Source: Sphyrna mokarran
Taxonomy: Eukaryota
Reading direction: 5' to 3'
Assembly: GCA_024679065.1 (NCBI GenBank)
Contig: JAGIQG010000002.1
Location: forward strand, 67,704,001-67,768,000
DNA: 64,000 nt
Made by a program: the position numbers and the translations under genes. The notes below the pieces were generated by a model, which saw nothing but the letters and a program-made list of their open reading frames with translations, ran no database searches and had not been told where the DNA came from. Below, in pieces: positions 14,216-28,849 of this stretch (positions within the stretch are counted from its first letter, which is position 1; every line of letters starts with the position of its first letter).

Positions 14216-15016
14216 ACTTCAAAAAAACAAAGTTTGCACAGACATTGGTCCGGTTGCTGAATTCACAAGGTACATTTTTTAGATGTCTCAATGGGATGCC
14301 AAAAACAGGTGTTAGACACTTTGGATATGCTAATGGGGGTCTAACACACATTGAGAACCACTTTTTGAAATTTGTAGCATGAATCAGGGCCTCAGGATCC
14401 TTTGGCAGACCCTATAGCCAATAAAACAGAGCCCAAGTGTGATAACAGCAGGTGGACTCCGAGCTGGTGTGGAATCTGTCAGGTTAATGCTCTGGATGGA
14501 TGCAGTAACACCAATTCCAGATGGAATGGGTACCCTTTCCATCTGCAATTTTCTCCACTGCTGCCCCCAGTCCCATCCTGACTTGGCAGCTTGTCTAGAA
14601 GTATTGTCAGGCTGCCCCCAGAAACCTAACCAAATATGCTGTCATGTGATTCAGTGATAGCCACACCTGTAGGAATCAGATGCTGTCCTGACCCATGAGT
14701 GAGCATTGTCCAGTCAAAATCAAATGGCAGTCGATCTCCAATTCGATTCTGGTCACGCCAATGAGGAGGTGAAGAAGGTAGAATCATCTGTCTTTTGCCT
14801 TTTGCCTCTTTGATGGAATTGAAATATGTTGCTCAAAAATTATTGTCATTTCCAACATGGATGCCTCCCTCTAATATGGCAATGACTCCCACTCTGTGAT
14901 TTGGGATACAGTTATAACAGGGACAGTGAAAGTACCACCCACTTGTGTTAATGAGATCTTCGCTGACATTGCCTTTCCCATAGATAGTGATTTCAAGCTC
15001 TTATGAGCATTAATTT

Positions 15017-15597
15017 ATAGAATCATACAGTGCAGAAGAGGTCTTTTGGCCCATCAAGTCTGCACCAACACGTGAAACATCTGACCTTCCATCTAATCCC
15101 ATTTGCTAGCACTTGGCCCATAGCCTTGAATGTTATGATGTGCCGAGTGCTCATCCAGGTACTTTTTAAAGGATATGAGGCAACTTGTCTCTTCTACCCT
15201 TCCAGGCAGCGTGTTCCAGACTGTCACCACCCTCAGGGTAAAAAGGGTTTTTCCTCACACCCTCCTAAACCTCCGCCTCTCACCTTGAAACTTTGTTCCC
15301 TCATGACTAATCCTTCAACTGAGGGGAACAGCTGCTTTTTAGCCACTCTGTCCATGTCTCTCATAATCCTGTTCACCTCGACCAGATTGCTGTTCAGTCT
15401 TTTCTGCTCCAATGAAAACAAGCAAAGCCTATACAACCTCTCTTCATAACTTAAATGTTCTATCCCAGGCAGCATTCTGGTTAATCTTCTCTGTACCCCC
15501 TCCAGTGCAATCACATCCTTCCTATAACGTGGTGACTAGAACTGCACACACTACTCTAGCTGTGGTCTCACCACAGTTCTATACAACACCAACCTGA
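15017..15597 (-). mobile_element. CR1 LINE 3' end
   Basis: Minus ORF ALEGVQRRLTRMLPGIEHLSYEERLYRLCLFSLEQKRL is typical of the CR1 ORF2 C-terminus. Confidence 0.92.
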
Positions 15598-15599
15598 CT

Positions 15600-16283
15600 T
15601 CTGCCCCTCATTCGAGGAGAGATTCTATCTTAAAGAACTGCCAGCCAATCTAGTTGGCTGGCAGCTCTTTAATAGATGCAGGGCCAGAAGCATGCGACTA
15701 CAAACAGTCCCCAGAGCCTACGTCCCAGAATTCTAGGAGCAGGTAAGCTTTGGCAATTATGGGGCAGGGAGGTTAGAGGATGCCTAGGGGCTCACTGGAG
15801 AGGATGGAGGCATCACTAGAAAGGAGGGAGATCTTATGGTTACCAGATCTTGCAAAAAAAGAAAGAGAAAGACGACAAAATTAATTCATTTCCCACTTAG
15901 CTACAAATTCCTGATACTCGTACTCACTCTAGCTGTGCTTCAGTCTAAAGGAGTATTCTCTCCCAAAGCTCATTGGTCTTGGTGGGGTGAGGGGGGTGTT
16001 TGTTAATTGGAGGCTGCTAATGGAGGTACTCCCAACTATTCACCAATTTCCCATCTGAAGCCTGAACCTGATTAATCTTTGGGCTCCCTCCAGATTCTGA
16101 AATTCTGCCATGAAAACTGAGTCTGGGTGGGATAAATGGTCACTTAAGAACCAAGCTGGGGCATGGGCTGGACAGCTGGCCACCCGTAAAATTGGGAGGA
16201 GGTCAGGGTGTCTGGGAATTGAGTGAGGAGCCCATCTAGGGAATTTTACACACATCTTCCCACCTACAAACCCATCAACATGT
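15600..16283. mobile_element. Probable non-autonomous DNA transposon relic (Harbinger-type)
   Basis: GC-richer block ending in taaaattctgccc, the terminal motif seen on other MITEs in this window. Confidence 0.45.
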
Positions 16284-19200
16284 GAATATAAAATTCTGCC
16301 CATGAAATTCTTATCAATCAGTCAATTCATATATTTAAAGAGTAAGCTTGTCAAATACAACTGGCTGCAAGAGGAGGGAAAAAAAACTCCTTTTTCAAGC
16401 TGAATGCACACTATCCATTTTTCAATTTTCAATACAATTTCAAATAGTACTGTTAAAATCTTGATTTGATAAATCTGTCAAAGTGTTGCAAGTGGAGATT
16501 TTTGCACTTGTAGCAATGTCTATGATTGATGTACCAATCAGTTCTGCTTTAAACAATCACCTATTCACGGTGATTGCACTAGAGTCATGCAGAATGTATG
16601 GAGAATGATTGATAAGTGAAGTGTTTGCAGCATGTGGGACGAGATTTAATGTACAGGTAGATATATATTAATTGTAACATTTTTGATAGTCAAAGTGTAC
16701 CGCTATCATCAGTTTGAGCAAAGTTATTCAAATATTTTCTGTTATCAATTTCTTTGAAATATACTGTACTTTATAAATGTTCGCCATTCACATCTCAATC
16801 CAAATAAATTTTACAGTTTTATTTTTCTCCCCTGCATTTGCATTTTCCCCTTTTCAAGGGAATTGACTTATGCGAGGGTTTCATAGACAGTAGCTAAATT
16901 GTGTTACTTATGGGTAAGGTAGAGGCTGAACTCCACAAAACCAGTGGTTTGGGGGATCATGTCAGGTTCAATCTGAAGCATGAATGCAATGCTCCTTAAA
17001 TCCACTCACAGATGGTGGCTGAGTGAGAGAGGAATGATCAGTTACAGGAAGTGAGTTGGATATTTAGATATTAAAATGAAGCTTCATGTTTTCATTTCAC
17101 ACTGTAACTCCAGGCGCCAATCAGCTAGAGGCAGTTGTGCATTTACACTTGGCTCACGGTGCATTCTCTGGCATATGCACAACTGATTCATTGGCACATA
17201 TCCATCAGTCGGTGACAGCACTTGTTTGTAATCACTCGGCTTCTCTGTATGGCATATCTTTTCTGCCAGGTCATGCTCTCTCCGGCTTTGTCCTATACCC
17301 TCACCAGCCCTGCCCTGTATCCCTTCTAATTTTGTCCCCTGCCCTTGTCTGCCCTGTCCTGTATTCTCTGCCAAACCTTCATTTGTTTCCCTCTGATTCC
17401 TTATCACATAGTCCTCCTGTCCCTGGCCATTACAAGGCACAGTCTGCCTAGCAGTGGTGATGATCAATTATTTCAAAGTGCACAAATAACCCTGCAGCTT
17501 GCTACGATCCCCGTAGGGACCATAATTGTTTCTAAAAAATGAATTCAAAAATGATTGATGGAAAGAACCAAAAGACAAAATTTCACTTTTTAAGACTTTT
17601 TACTGTAGAAAAAAAACATCAATAAAGATTAAATATTAATTAACAGTCAACTAATAAATCAAACCAAAGGAAAACTACATATGAATTCACTAATTACAAC
17701 AACCAAAATATGTCTTATAAAACCCTTTATTGTGTGCCACAATTTTGACAGATTTGTGGTATTAAAAGAACAGTCCAAAAGTCACTTCCAGCTCTCCCCA
17801 CCTTGCCAGGTCAAAACTCCCAGTATTCTTCGACAATTGTTCCATCCTCCAAAGTTTCACTGGATATTATTATCAGCAATAGGCCCACATTGGCACCACC
17901 CTGTCCATTAAATCTTCAGAGCCCTATCTGTTCCATTCTTTTGCCTTGAACAGAAATCAAATTATGAAAAGCATCCTGCTTGGTTGTGGCACAAAACATG
18001 TTATCACGATAGTAGCTTATTTGGTCCTATGTCTCAGCCTCAGCTGTCCTCATTGTCAGATAATGCGAAAGGTGTTAAAACGGCTACTCCACCTCAGTGG
18101 GTTTCTATTTGAGTTTCTCTCCCATATCAACATGATCATATAGGCATTTCTCTGAACTGAAGCAGTTATCAAGAATGATAATTTTACTTTCTGGAATTCT
18201 ATTTTATTTTGGTACATAATTGTCCTGCAAGGTTCAACATTCATAGCAATCTCATTACATACCTGGCAACCTACTATTTTTCACATCAAAATCAGCTCTT
18301 GCAAAATTCTAATGCAGGAAATCATATAGTGGAAGCAAATGTGAACATATTTACAGCCTGGGAAATAATTTTAGAGTAAAGTGCAAGTTTGTGAACAGAA
18401 TTTGCTGACTGCCATTTGCGTTGTTCCTACTGGGACTAACGTAACACACTAACTAACCAGAGAGAATGCTGTTAATCTGCTTAAGGTTGTCTACAGATTT
18501 GCTGTATCTTAATAATCAGATGGCACAGGCATTGCAAAAGATATGTTGGAAGTTCGCCCTCAATAGTTAACAACATTACAAACTCAACCTTCATTTTAAC
18601 AGTCATTCTATTTTTAGCAACAAGCAGCCAGGTTTCTCATGAAATTCAGCAGCTTCAAGGAGGCGAACGAGGCTGAATCCATGAGCAAATTGCTTTTACT
18701 GAACTCCTTGTGGACCAGGAGGAACAGGAATGTTTCCTTCAGCCCAACAAGCTATCCAGCACTCTTCTTCCCATCCTGCAATCCTCACCAATCTCATCAC
18801 TGTACCATCTGCCCCAGAACACCAATTGCTCTCCTGAACACTATCAGACTCTGACCAATAACTCCTCTGCTCCTGGACACACATTCGACTACCCCTCCCC
18901 CCACAATTGGGACTGCCTAGAATGTTGACAAAATGGTTAATTTATCATCATTCATTTCCAAGACTGATGGAGCTGGATTTTCTCCCATTCATCAGAAACT
19001 GGGTGGGGCAGGGCAGATTACCAATATTTGGCTATGGTAAGCTATATTTTATGTGCAGGCCGAGGGAAAAAAAAACATTTAGTTGCAGTATTTAAAAGGC
19101 CAGTTCTGTTTAAATTATCTCCTCAGTCAGAGGAAGGGAGATGGAGAGAGCATATAAATGGCAGAGAGAGGAATAGTAATAAGGATTTCTGCTGTGACAA

Positions 19201-22200
19201 GAGTTCCCATACTTTTGGACACTTTCGTTGATACACTTCTGGGAGAAATGAGGACATCCTAATAGGGGGCTTCAAAAAAGGCTGGCATAGATAGTGGCAA
19301 CAATGGTTGTCGGTGATCCAACCTATGGCAACAAAGCTCCAGAACTATTTTGGTAATCTTGTGAGGTTAACATGATTAATGAAGTCCCATGTGTCAATGA
19401 TCATTCTAAAAAATTTCTGGAACATGGTTTACTTCCATACATATTTGCCCTCACAGTGTTAATCAATAAATGGATGATTATTGTCAAGGCATCTTGCACT
19501 CACCACAACAATGCTCCTCTCCCACAGTTTTGCTGCACCTTATCCAGATATCTGAGACCAATCGTGTTAGTGTCAGTCTGAAAATAAATAAATGAAATTG
19601 CTGCATAGCTTGCACCCAAAAACCATTCTCACCCTGAAATGACTCCAGATATCGAATTAAAAGGGAAAAATGTTTTATTAATTCAAGCATCAGCTGTACT
19701 TAAGGAGAATGCAAACAGTGAGAGGCAGGGTGTATCACATGTTGATATATCAGGTATTTATGAGCAGGTGGTGGGATGAATGAGGGTATGTATATGATTC
19801 AAACCTAACTCTCTTGTAAGAAACTATTGCTCTCAGTTGAAATACCAAAAGACAAACATCTCATGGGCCTGGTTTTCATCAGATAACTGAAAGGAAGCAT
19901 TAATGTCCATGCAGGTAATGAAGACTCCTATGTAAAAGAATTAGTGATGCATTGGATCAGTCTTCAACATAATGTAAGATTTTTTTTTAACATCTAACCT
20001 ACTTCTATGTTTTCCAATCCATGCAACTCAGAAGCTTTGGATGAATTCCAATCCCTTCACTGTCCTAAAACCAGATCATCACAAAGTCATTTTACTGTCA
20101 GATGCTTTGAAGAACAATTTTGATGGACTATTTTTATAGCAGCCTCTCAATGGGACACCTTGTCACTCTATTTGCCATCAGTTAACTGCTGCTATACCAC
20201 ACAGATTGACAAGGAAAAACTAGGCTGAAGGGAGAGTATAGATTTTTCTTCCCTGTCCACCATTGCACCTGCTATGGGAAGTTGATGTAGTAAAGCTATA
20301 GTATTCCTAGTGAACTGAACCTGGAACGCTAACTATTATCAGCTTACAACTGATAGCTTTCTTGTTGAGCAAGAGCGTCTGCAGATGTACAGCAAGATAG
20401 ATATTGAACATCACAACATCTAGAAAACATGCAGGCTTCATTATATCTATAAACAAATACAAGAGGTTTGTTCTCTGCAACCAAGGCAAACATCATTAGG
20501 AAGAAGAAGTATGGATCTGCAGGACCCAGATTTTCACTCAGGATGGAGAGCCCCAAAGCACATTCCATTTTTATGGGACAGGAATGAGGGCTGTTTGCAT
20601 TTCACATAAACATGTTTCATGGAGATAACTAGCCATTTAAATCATCAGATGGCTCCCCTGGCATTGGATTTTGGTCACTCAAAAGTGTGAAGCCGAGAGT
20701 GTGCAGAATGGATCTGAACTTTGTGGATTCATTTGGATAGCTAAGACACCCCTTTGGAGAAGGAAGGTAGCCATTCGGATCTGCTCCTGGGACATCTTTA
20801 GGTGAGGTCAAGTGCCCATTGGGGGAGGGTCAGACGCCCCTTGCAAGTGTTATAGGTGGCAATAAATTTGCAAACAAACTGCATGAACTCATTTTCTCTC
20901 AAACTCATTGGAACTGTCAACAGACCTGTCAAAAGTTTCAGGAGGACCTTTTTAAAATGTCAAGAGGAATATCAAAATACTTGTCAAAAGCTGAGACATT
21001 TGCCCTTGAATCTATGAAAAGAAATGACCAGATTGTTGAAGATAAAGAATTATTTTCTATTTCACTCTGTCTGTTGGCAAATACCCGAGGGCTTCTGTTA
21101 CTGGATTAGTGATTCATCGCTGATTTCATAACCAGTCATTATCACAGTTGGATGCCTGCCATTTCACAATTTGATTGACAGCTGCAAGTGTATTTAGACT
21201 CTTCAAGACTGGACTGTGTATTCCAATGCTTATTGTTAATAAGGGATTGTGTACTTGAATGAGATGTTTGTTGTTATAAGACTTTGTGTAGTTGAAGGAA
21301 TGGAAATGTATTAAATGGATTTATATGAATGTTTTTTTTGCGGTAGACGCTTAAAATTTTGTTGTATGGAACTTTATTTTATCTAACATCTGAAAGGGCC
21401 CTGAGATCTATTCATTGTGAATCCCAGACAAGTTGGCATAATAGATGAAAGGGCAAAGGGTGTGTGGAGGGGCATGCATTGGTATGAGTTGGCATGAAGT
21501 TAAAGGACCATGAATACAGGGGCATATGTTGGCATAGTGGATTTGAAGAGTTATGGGGGTTGACACAGCATCAAAGGGTGAAGTTGGCATGAATTGTGCA
21601 TGGGGAGTGTGAGGGCTGGAGCGATGTTTTATGTTTTGTTTTTAAAACATTTTTGCGGATTTCAGTGCCAGAGCTGCAAAGCTGGCCTTCTGTCCTGATG
21701 TAGATACCTTCTGTCCTGCCCACCTCCGTATCTGGTATCCCCTGCATAACTTCTGGGTTCTGACTTCTAATCTAGCCCAATCCCCTGCCCAAAACCAAAA
21801 ATCAGAAATGTAGGCAGCCATTTTTAAAGGTTGAGCTCAGGAAGCACCGGGTTCTGACGACTCTGTGAACTGACTAGCTGATGAAACTCCAGTCCCAAGG
21901 AGCTGGTACTGGAAATAGATAGCTGATTAGTCAGGATCCATAAAAGTAGGGGAAATGGTCATTGTTACCCTCTGATTCTTTATCTGATGAAGTCCCTTTA
22001 CTCAAAACATTAATCCACACTCTCTTTGTGAATACTGAATAATCTACTGTTCAGTAACTACATTTTAGGGGAAATTTTCCATTTTGTGCTTCTGGAATGA
22101 GGTTGACACATCCCTCGCCATGAGTTCGTGAACACTAAGAACACTTCTTAACATTTGCTTTGTTTTCTTTTTACTTGTATGGTGTGATTTAGGATCAGGT

Positions 22201-22769
22201 TAGCTTCCATAGAGAAAGAAACGGGACATTCTGCCTCAAATTAAGCTTATTCCTAGGCAAATTCATGCGACGTATGGAATTTTTGTCCCTTCTGCTGAAA
22301 GGAAATGATTGGTGGATGCTTTCAATGGCAGAGCCCAGTGAATGACATTATTTGCTCACCAAGCCTTACATTTATTGGAGTAGATATTCCAATTTAATAC
22401 TGCTGAGGTGGAACATCATGTGAGGGGAGTATGTTGGATTTTGGAAGGCGATGATCAGGTTCCCAGTTCAGAGCCCATGTTATTTACAGTGCATCAGAAA
22501 ATATTCCCCATGATGTCAAGAACTCTATTATTGAATGCCTATCTGTCTCTTGGTTTATTTATGCTCAAGGGAATGTCATTTCTTCATTGGAACAGAGATC
22601 CCATTGTGTGGATGTTCAGAGTCTTTTTTCTGTCGAGCTAAGATATTTAGGAAATATAATCACTACTCATGGCCTATAAGAACAAAAACTATGTCAGTAC
22701 AAAAATTAGTGAAACAAATTCTTTACGGGGTAGAAAAACCCTCTGTTGCCGAAGTGAAATCTCATTTAA

Positions 22770-23517
22770 CAGGATGTTGAGTTAATTTTGAAGCACAGGG
22801 ATGTAATAATGGGCAGAGAACAGGGAGGGCCACATGATGAGGTGATGGCAGCACAGTGGGCTGGGATACTCAAGCTGAGGCCATTTAGCAGGCTCTCCGT
22901 TGAGCAACATAGCCTCTGCGAGTCTAAATCCGGCACTATCAGCACTGTAGTGCAGCAAATCCTCCATAGCTGGCCTTGCTCGTCCCCAGCATCCCAGAGC
23001 GGGTCACGGCCTAATGGAGCAGAGTCTCAGGGGTGAGATCAATGGGGTCCTTCTGCCGCTCTGCATTTGGCAGCGACAGAGGGAAGGAGGGCAGCAGTCA
23101 TGGCTGGCCATCGGGTTGGTGTGGGGACTGAGGGAGTTACAGGCTGCTGAGGTAGTGGGACGGGGGTGGGGAGATCAGGGGACTGTTGCGGAAAGATTGA
23201 AGTGGACTGAGGGTGGGGGCACTGGGGGTCGAGGCTGGCCTGTATACTTCTGGAAGGTCAGAGATTGGAGGTAGGGGGTTTGCTGTGCTGGCCAGCGATT
23301 GGGAGACTGGCAATGAAAGGCTACTGTGCAAGTGCCAATCTCTATGCTGCCGGCCTCTCCAGCAGGAATAGGCCCCACCCACAGATTTTTCATGGGACTC
23401 GTGTAGAGTTTAGAGTGTGGGAGATGCATTTTGAAAATCCTGCCGAAAAACTAATGGGTTGTCCTCCAGTTTTTACGCAAATTCGACATGTAGAATTTTT
23501 TTGGGAGAACCCCAGAA
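22770..23517. mobile_element. Non-autonomous DNA transposon relic
   Basis: GC-rich block whose right end (ttttgggagaaccccag) resembles the right end of 62272-62881. Confidence 0.5.
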
Positions 23518-24313
23518 TAGGAATGCTCAAAATGTTTCCAGCTTTGGATTGTTAGTTACGGAAAGGTTAACAATCTGTACACTTTTAATGCTTTTTCTTT
23601 ATATTTGAACAATATTTAATTAAATGAAAATTCATCTTCCAAGTCTTTGCAGTTGGAATTTCTGATTTACTCGCATCACTTAGACACATCAGAGAGTGTG
23701 TTAAATTTTCAGAAAAATAGGAAGACAGGAATGTACTGTGTCATATATAATAATTGTAATTTTCTTGAGGCTAACAATTATGACTTGTTCTTCAATAATT
23801 GTTGATTTTAGATTCTAATTTGCAATTGTTTTGAGATGGGTAAACTCAGCCTCGGGAACAGTTGTTGGAGCATGCAGACAGGGATGCGTGTCAGGAGCTG
23901 TAACACTATGTAATATGATTAGGATGATCTGGTTTTTTCCAGCATATCTCATTTGCTTTAAGTTGGAGTAGTCAGCATGACATACATGTTTTCCTTATTA
24001 CAATTGCAACAAAGTCCACCTTCTTGTATTGCTCCTTGGAGACTCAACCAAAGGTAGCCAACGACTTGCCTGTCATTTTTTTAATTACTAAAATTAGGGA
24101 ACTTTTGCTGTGTTTATGATTTCTTCTCTCTTTCTAAGATAAACGTATACTTGTAGCAACTTTCAAAGCATGGTTGGCAGCACACACAAACACAAAATCA
24201 AAGTAAAATGAATGTTGATGGCATAACCACTGTTGGTGGTAGAAGTCTTATTGTTTTTATTGTGATGAAGTTTTAATTTTTCTCATCTAGTTCTTTTTTT
24301 AATGAACTTATAG

Positions 24314-24539
24314 GAATACCAAACTTGTAATACCAACCTGTGCCCTGAACTAAAGAAGACCACTCCTTGGACACCTTGGACGCCTGTTAATATCTCAGAT
24401 AATGGAGGTCACTATGAGCAGAGATTTAGGTACACATGTAAGGCACGCCTGCCTGACCCAAATTTCCTGGATGTCGGTCGCCAAAGGATAGAGATGCGTT
24501 ACTGTTCTAGTGATGGATCAACTGGCTGCTCTGCAGGTG
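24314..24539 (+). CDS. SEMA5A: Semaphorin-5A exon; TSR3/TSR4 region
   Basis: Acceptor ttatag and donor gtgagt. Reads EYQTCNTNLCPELKKTTPWTPWTPVNISDNGGHYEQRFRYTCKARLPDPNFLDVGRQRIEMRYCSSDGSTGCSAG. Confidence 0.96.
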
Positions 24540-24965
24540 GTGAGTGGACACATAAAATCCTGGACTTTGGAATTATTTCATTTCTCCAAATGATAAAATA
24601 ACTGCAACTACTAGGAACATTACACAGGCAAGTGTATCTGTTATCATTCAAAATTATCTCCTAAATATTTGTGCTCTTTTCCCCATGATTCTAACTAACC
24701 AAAATAGATGCTTAAAGCAGGCAGACATTGGGTTTCCCATGTACGAGAGACAAGAGAACTGATGCAGCTGATTTGATGTATTGAGAAATTGTAAATGAAT
24801 GATTTTGGAATTTATCATTTCTTTGTGCTTCACCTAATTGGCTGTTCTTTATATCTCAATGCAGACATCAAATGCTCGAGCACAGGAAACATCTCCGTTA
24901 TCCTCAATCTTGCTTTCATTTGATTAATGCCAATATATATGCTTTACAGCTGGAACAACTGGATA

Positions 24966-25082
24966 GGGCCCAGGGTGACAGAGTGGTTAGCACTGCAGCC
25001 TCATGATGCCAGGGATCTGGGTTCAATTCTGGTCTTGGCTCACTGTCTGTTTGAAGTTTGCATGTCCTTCCTGTGTCTGCAA
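24966..25082 (+). mobile_element. Truncated V-SINE head
   Basis: gtggttagcactgcagcctca...gggttcaattc. Confidence 0.8.
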
Positions 25083-26279
25083 ATTAGTTGCTGCTGATGT
25101 TTTATTAGTGGTGGCAGCATGGCAACAGGCACCTCACTCCTACCACCCTAGACAATAATATGAGATATTGTGTAATTTTTGCCTGCCACTTATTAGCCCT
25201 CATAATATCAGTCTATACATAGATTGACAATCAGTATAGATCTGTTTTGGAGATTTATTAATGATTTCAGAAAACTTTTGTCATCTTTATTATGATATAT
25301 TTCATAGCCTCTAAGAATCAAAATTTTGCTCACTCCTTCACTCTACTCCTAACATGCTATGTGCAGCAGTCAAATTGTGTACCTGGCAACGTGAGCAATT
25401 ATATGATGGTCTATCCTTGCAGAGTTGTATTCTATTGATTCTCAGTGAAGTTTGTATCAGCACTTAAATATTTAGAAATGGATTACACTTGTACTAAAGA
25501 TTTCACCGATTCCCTTCATTTTAAAGATTATCTGAAAGTTCCAATTAAAATAGAATTTTCTTTCAGTAATTCCTACCCGAACACTGCATGTAAATCCCAG
25601 GCAGTGATGTTATACAAAACTTATATACAACTCAACTAGTGATGTTTTCCTTTCATCTAACTTCCATTGTTGATTCACTCATGTTAAAATTGGTTAAAGT
25701 TTAGAAGGCATTATTGAGTATGCATATAGTAAAAAGATACTTTCTTCTTTGTTAATAGCAGAATCTAGCCTGTGCTAGTGATAAAGTGTTAATTGTTGAA
25801 ACCATTTGTTTCTTTTAAGAGTGGAAATTTGAAGCTTCTTTAAAGTAACGATGTATAGTGACTCTTTTAAACTGAAAACTGCAGCCCACTGAACACTTGT
25901 AATAATATTAACTTGGTACCAATGTTTGATACTTTATTTTGGCTGAAGGAAAGTATCCAGAAAAACGCTGATTTCCTTGAACCCATTTTAGTTACCGATC
26001 CATCTTAAATAAGAAATGATTTTCCTTAAACAGTATTAAGTCCAATTTGACCTGTGGTCAAAACATTCCACATATTGGGAAATATATACTAGGCTGTAAT
26101 TGGAAACTTATTATTTTGGGACATTATACCTATGAATAGAAAAAGGTTTTTGTACCACTGGCTTAACAAAATGTTAGCTCCACCATCATATTTCTTTCCC
26201 ACGTAGGTAAACAGTTTTTCCTTTCTTTTCTGGATTTAGGGCTTCAGTTCCTTAACAATACTGTTTTGTTTCCCCACAG

Positions 26280-26498
26280 GGTTTTCTGGAAGTATCTTAC
26301 GTTATGGGCGATTTTCTGCCTACACAGTCAATGGTGCATGGTCTGCCTGGCTACCATGGACACAGTGTAGCCGAGACTGCAATCGGGGAATCCGAAGTCG
26401 TAGACGGATGTGCAACAATCCTGAGCCAAGGAATGGAGGCTTGCCCTGTCTAGGACACTCGCTGGAATATCAGGAGTGCAATATCATGCCCTGTCCAG
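26280..26498 (+). CDS. SEMA5A: Semaphorin-5A exon; TSP1 repeat
   Basis: Acceptor ccccacag and donor gtacag. Reads (G)FSGSILRYGRFSAYTVNGAWSAWLPWTQCSRDCNRGIRSRRRMCNNPEPRNGGLPCLGHSLEYQECNIMPCP. Confidence 0.96.
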
Positions 26499-28849
26499 GT
26501 ACAGAAAACAAGATTTTGAACTGCATAGCAATCAAACAAAGTAAAATTGCTGCTTGCAAATAAAGTAAAGATTTCAACACCCTTCTTTCTTGTCCATTGT
26601 AAATGGAGAGTGAGGAATGGAGCATTCTTACCTTAGCACCACCAGATGTTAATATGAATTACTGTTGATCTTTCATTCTATTTCCACCCTAAGACAGTAC
26701 TTGAGACAGTGTGACAAGCACAGTGCATGCCTCCTATATAGCCTCCTCTATCCACCTTACAAGGATGAAGAGCTAAATTAGTTCTTTGGCCCTAATCCAA
26801 TTCACAGTCAACTGGAAAATCATGTTCATGTTACACAGAATAGATTTATTATCACATGGAACACCATATTGCAGATTATTCAAATAGTTAATAAATCAAA
26901 ATGGCATATGATTGTGGGGCCATTGAGAGTCCCTTTATGGAAGATGGCGAAGCTTTTAAAGCTTGTCTTTAGTTGCAGTTCATGCTTGAGTGAATAAAAT
27001 ATACTAGATGCCATTATTTAAATTATGCCATTATTTAAATTCTATTTGTTGCAAAGGCTGTACTTTGATGGCCCACTCTCCTTAAAAAAACAAATAAAAA
27101 AAAACCCCTCCATATCTACATTTTATTAAGCAAAGATGCATTGTATGAGAAGGAAAATAATTTGTTTTTCAACAGTGGATTGACAATTGAGATCCATGTT
27201 ACTTTCTCTTATTTTAAACATAAGTCTTGTCTATAATCCAAGAAATGTGTCCCTAACTAATGAAGCCATTTTGTAAGTGAAACTTACAGTACTTTCTCAC
27301 AGTTTTCAAAGACTCATTGAATCAGTATGAAACAAAGGGTAACAGGGTGAAACTTAAAGGGTGCTTTGTGCTCTGTTGAAAGATAAAAGCAATTTCCAAG
27401 CATTTTTTTGTAAAACACTGGAATATACAATTTATTTTAATCTGAGGGGGTCAAACTTGAATACAGGATTTGTATTGCTGAATTTTATCTAAGACAGTCA
27501 GAGAAGTTGGGGATTGTACATAGTTAGCATGATCTATTTCATCAGCACAAGCTATATTAAGATTTGAGTAAACTGTATCCCAGATGTCACTTAATCCTCA
27601 GTTTTTGTTTACATTACTGCGTTATTTATTCTGTTGATACAGACTGTATTCTGCATCTGCTCAGCAATCTGTGCACTTAGAAATCAAAAGTACACTTAGA
27701 AATCAGCTCCACGGCAATAATTGAAAATTTATCAGTAACTTAAGAGGAAAAAAAACAAGATAATTAATTTTGCAGCCCCAAATAGTGCTGTACTGAAGCT
27801 TTGGTGTTGGCAAAATTGGTTCATGTTTGAATAAACGCAAACTTTTCAGAATGAGTTTCTTCAGTCTGTAGTCTAACTTGCAGCAAAGCACTGGTAGAAA
27901 AAGGACTTTGAGTAGTTTAGCTAATTTACACTACTGTGTTTAATGCCAAATTTTGTGTTAAAAATGGAACATAATTTATATATGGGAAAGTTCTATAGGC
28001 AAGCTAACAAGAATTAGTCATTTTTCTAAATTTGGTAAGATAAAAACAAGACATTTTCCCTCTATTCTGGAAAAGATTCCTTTGTTGTTTCTTTCTGGAG
28101 TATTTTTGCTGCTTGGAGATTTTTGTTTCTCTATTGCAATCTTTGTCCATCCTACTGAATGCTTCCTCATATTAAAGGAGCACATTATGCTTTGTTTAGA
28201 TTAAGGAGTTGTTTCTGCACTGTGTTAAGGCTGCTGGCATTTTGTGCTTTGCACTATTTACATTTTGGCATGGATTTCAGAACACTGACTTGCAGCATTT
28301 TGGATGTTGTGATTGCAAATTTAAAGTAACTTAGACTAGTGCATGTGCAGGTGTGATTTTAGTCTTTTGGGAACGAAATTTCCTTGGTGTTGGAGAAAGA
28401 TCTCCCAAGCCTGCAAAGCATAGTGCTTGCATGTAAAGGTGGTACTGCACAGTGGATATCTATCTCCATTGATATCTGTGGTGGTTTGCTGCCATCATTT
28501 TTTCTATTCTGTTGCATGTGGTTACACCACACCGTACCTGAGTTATCATGCATGGAAGGTACTAGTGCTACCACATTTATATTACAATCAGAGTCAGTAG
28601 TTGCTGAGAGCAGGAATCTTGTATAACATAACAATTGTCATTTTGGGGGCACATCTCTGGCTAATGGTTACACTTCTTTAAATGGAAAAGTAATTTAAGT
28701 TGTTCAAATATGTATGTATGAGTATGCAATATTGTCATAGTGTTACTGAATTGGTAAGATAGGGTGGAGGGGAAATGTAGACAAAATTCAAATCTCCAAG
28801 ATAGATAGTCCAGCTGGGCATTTAAATTGAATTAATTAAATAAAGTCTG

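Noticed and set aside
17084-17467. Overlapping 127 and 121 aa ORFs on opposite strands
   Set aside because: No recognisable domain. Probably a decayed repeat that I could not assign.
20300-20950. Possible second Harbinger transposase relic on the minus strand (ECALG, SYP motifs)
   Set aside because: Too degenerate to support without a search.
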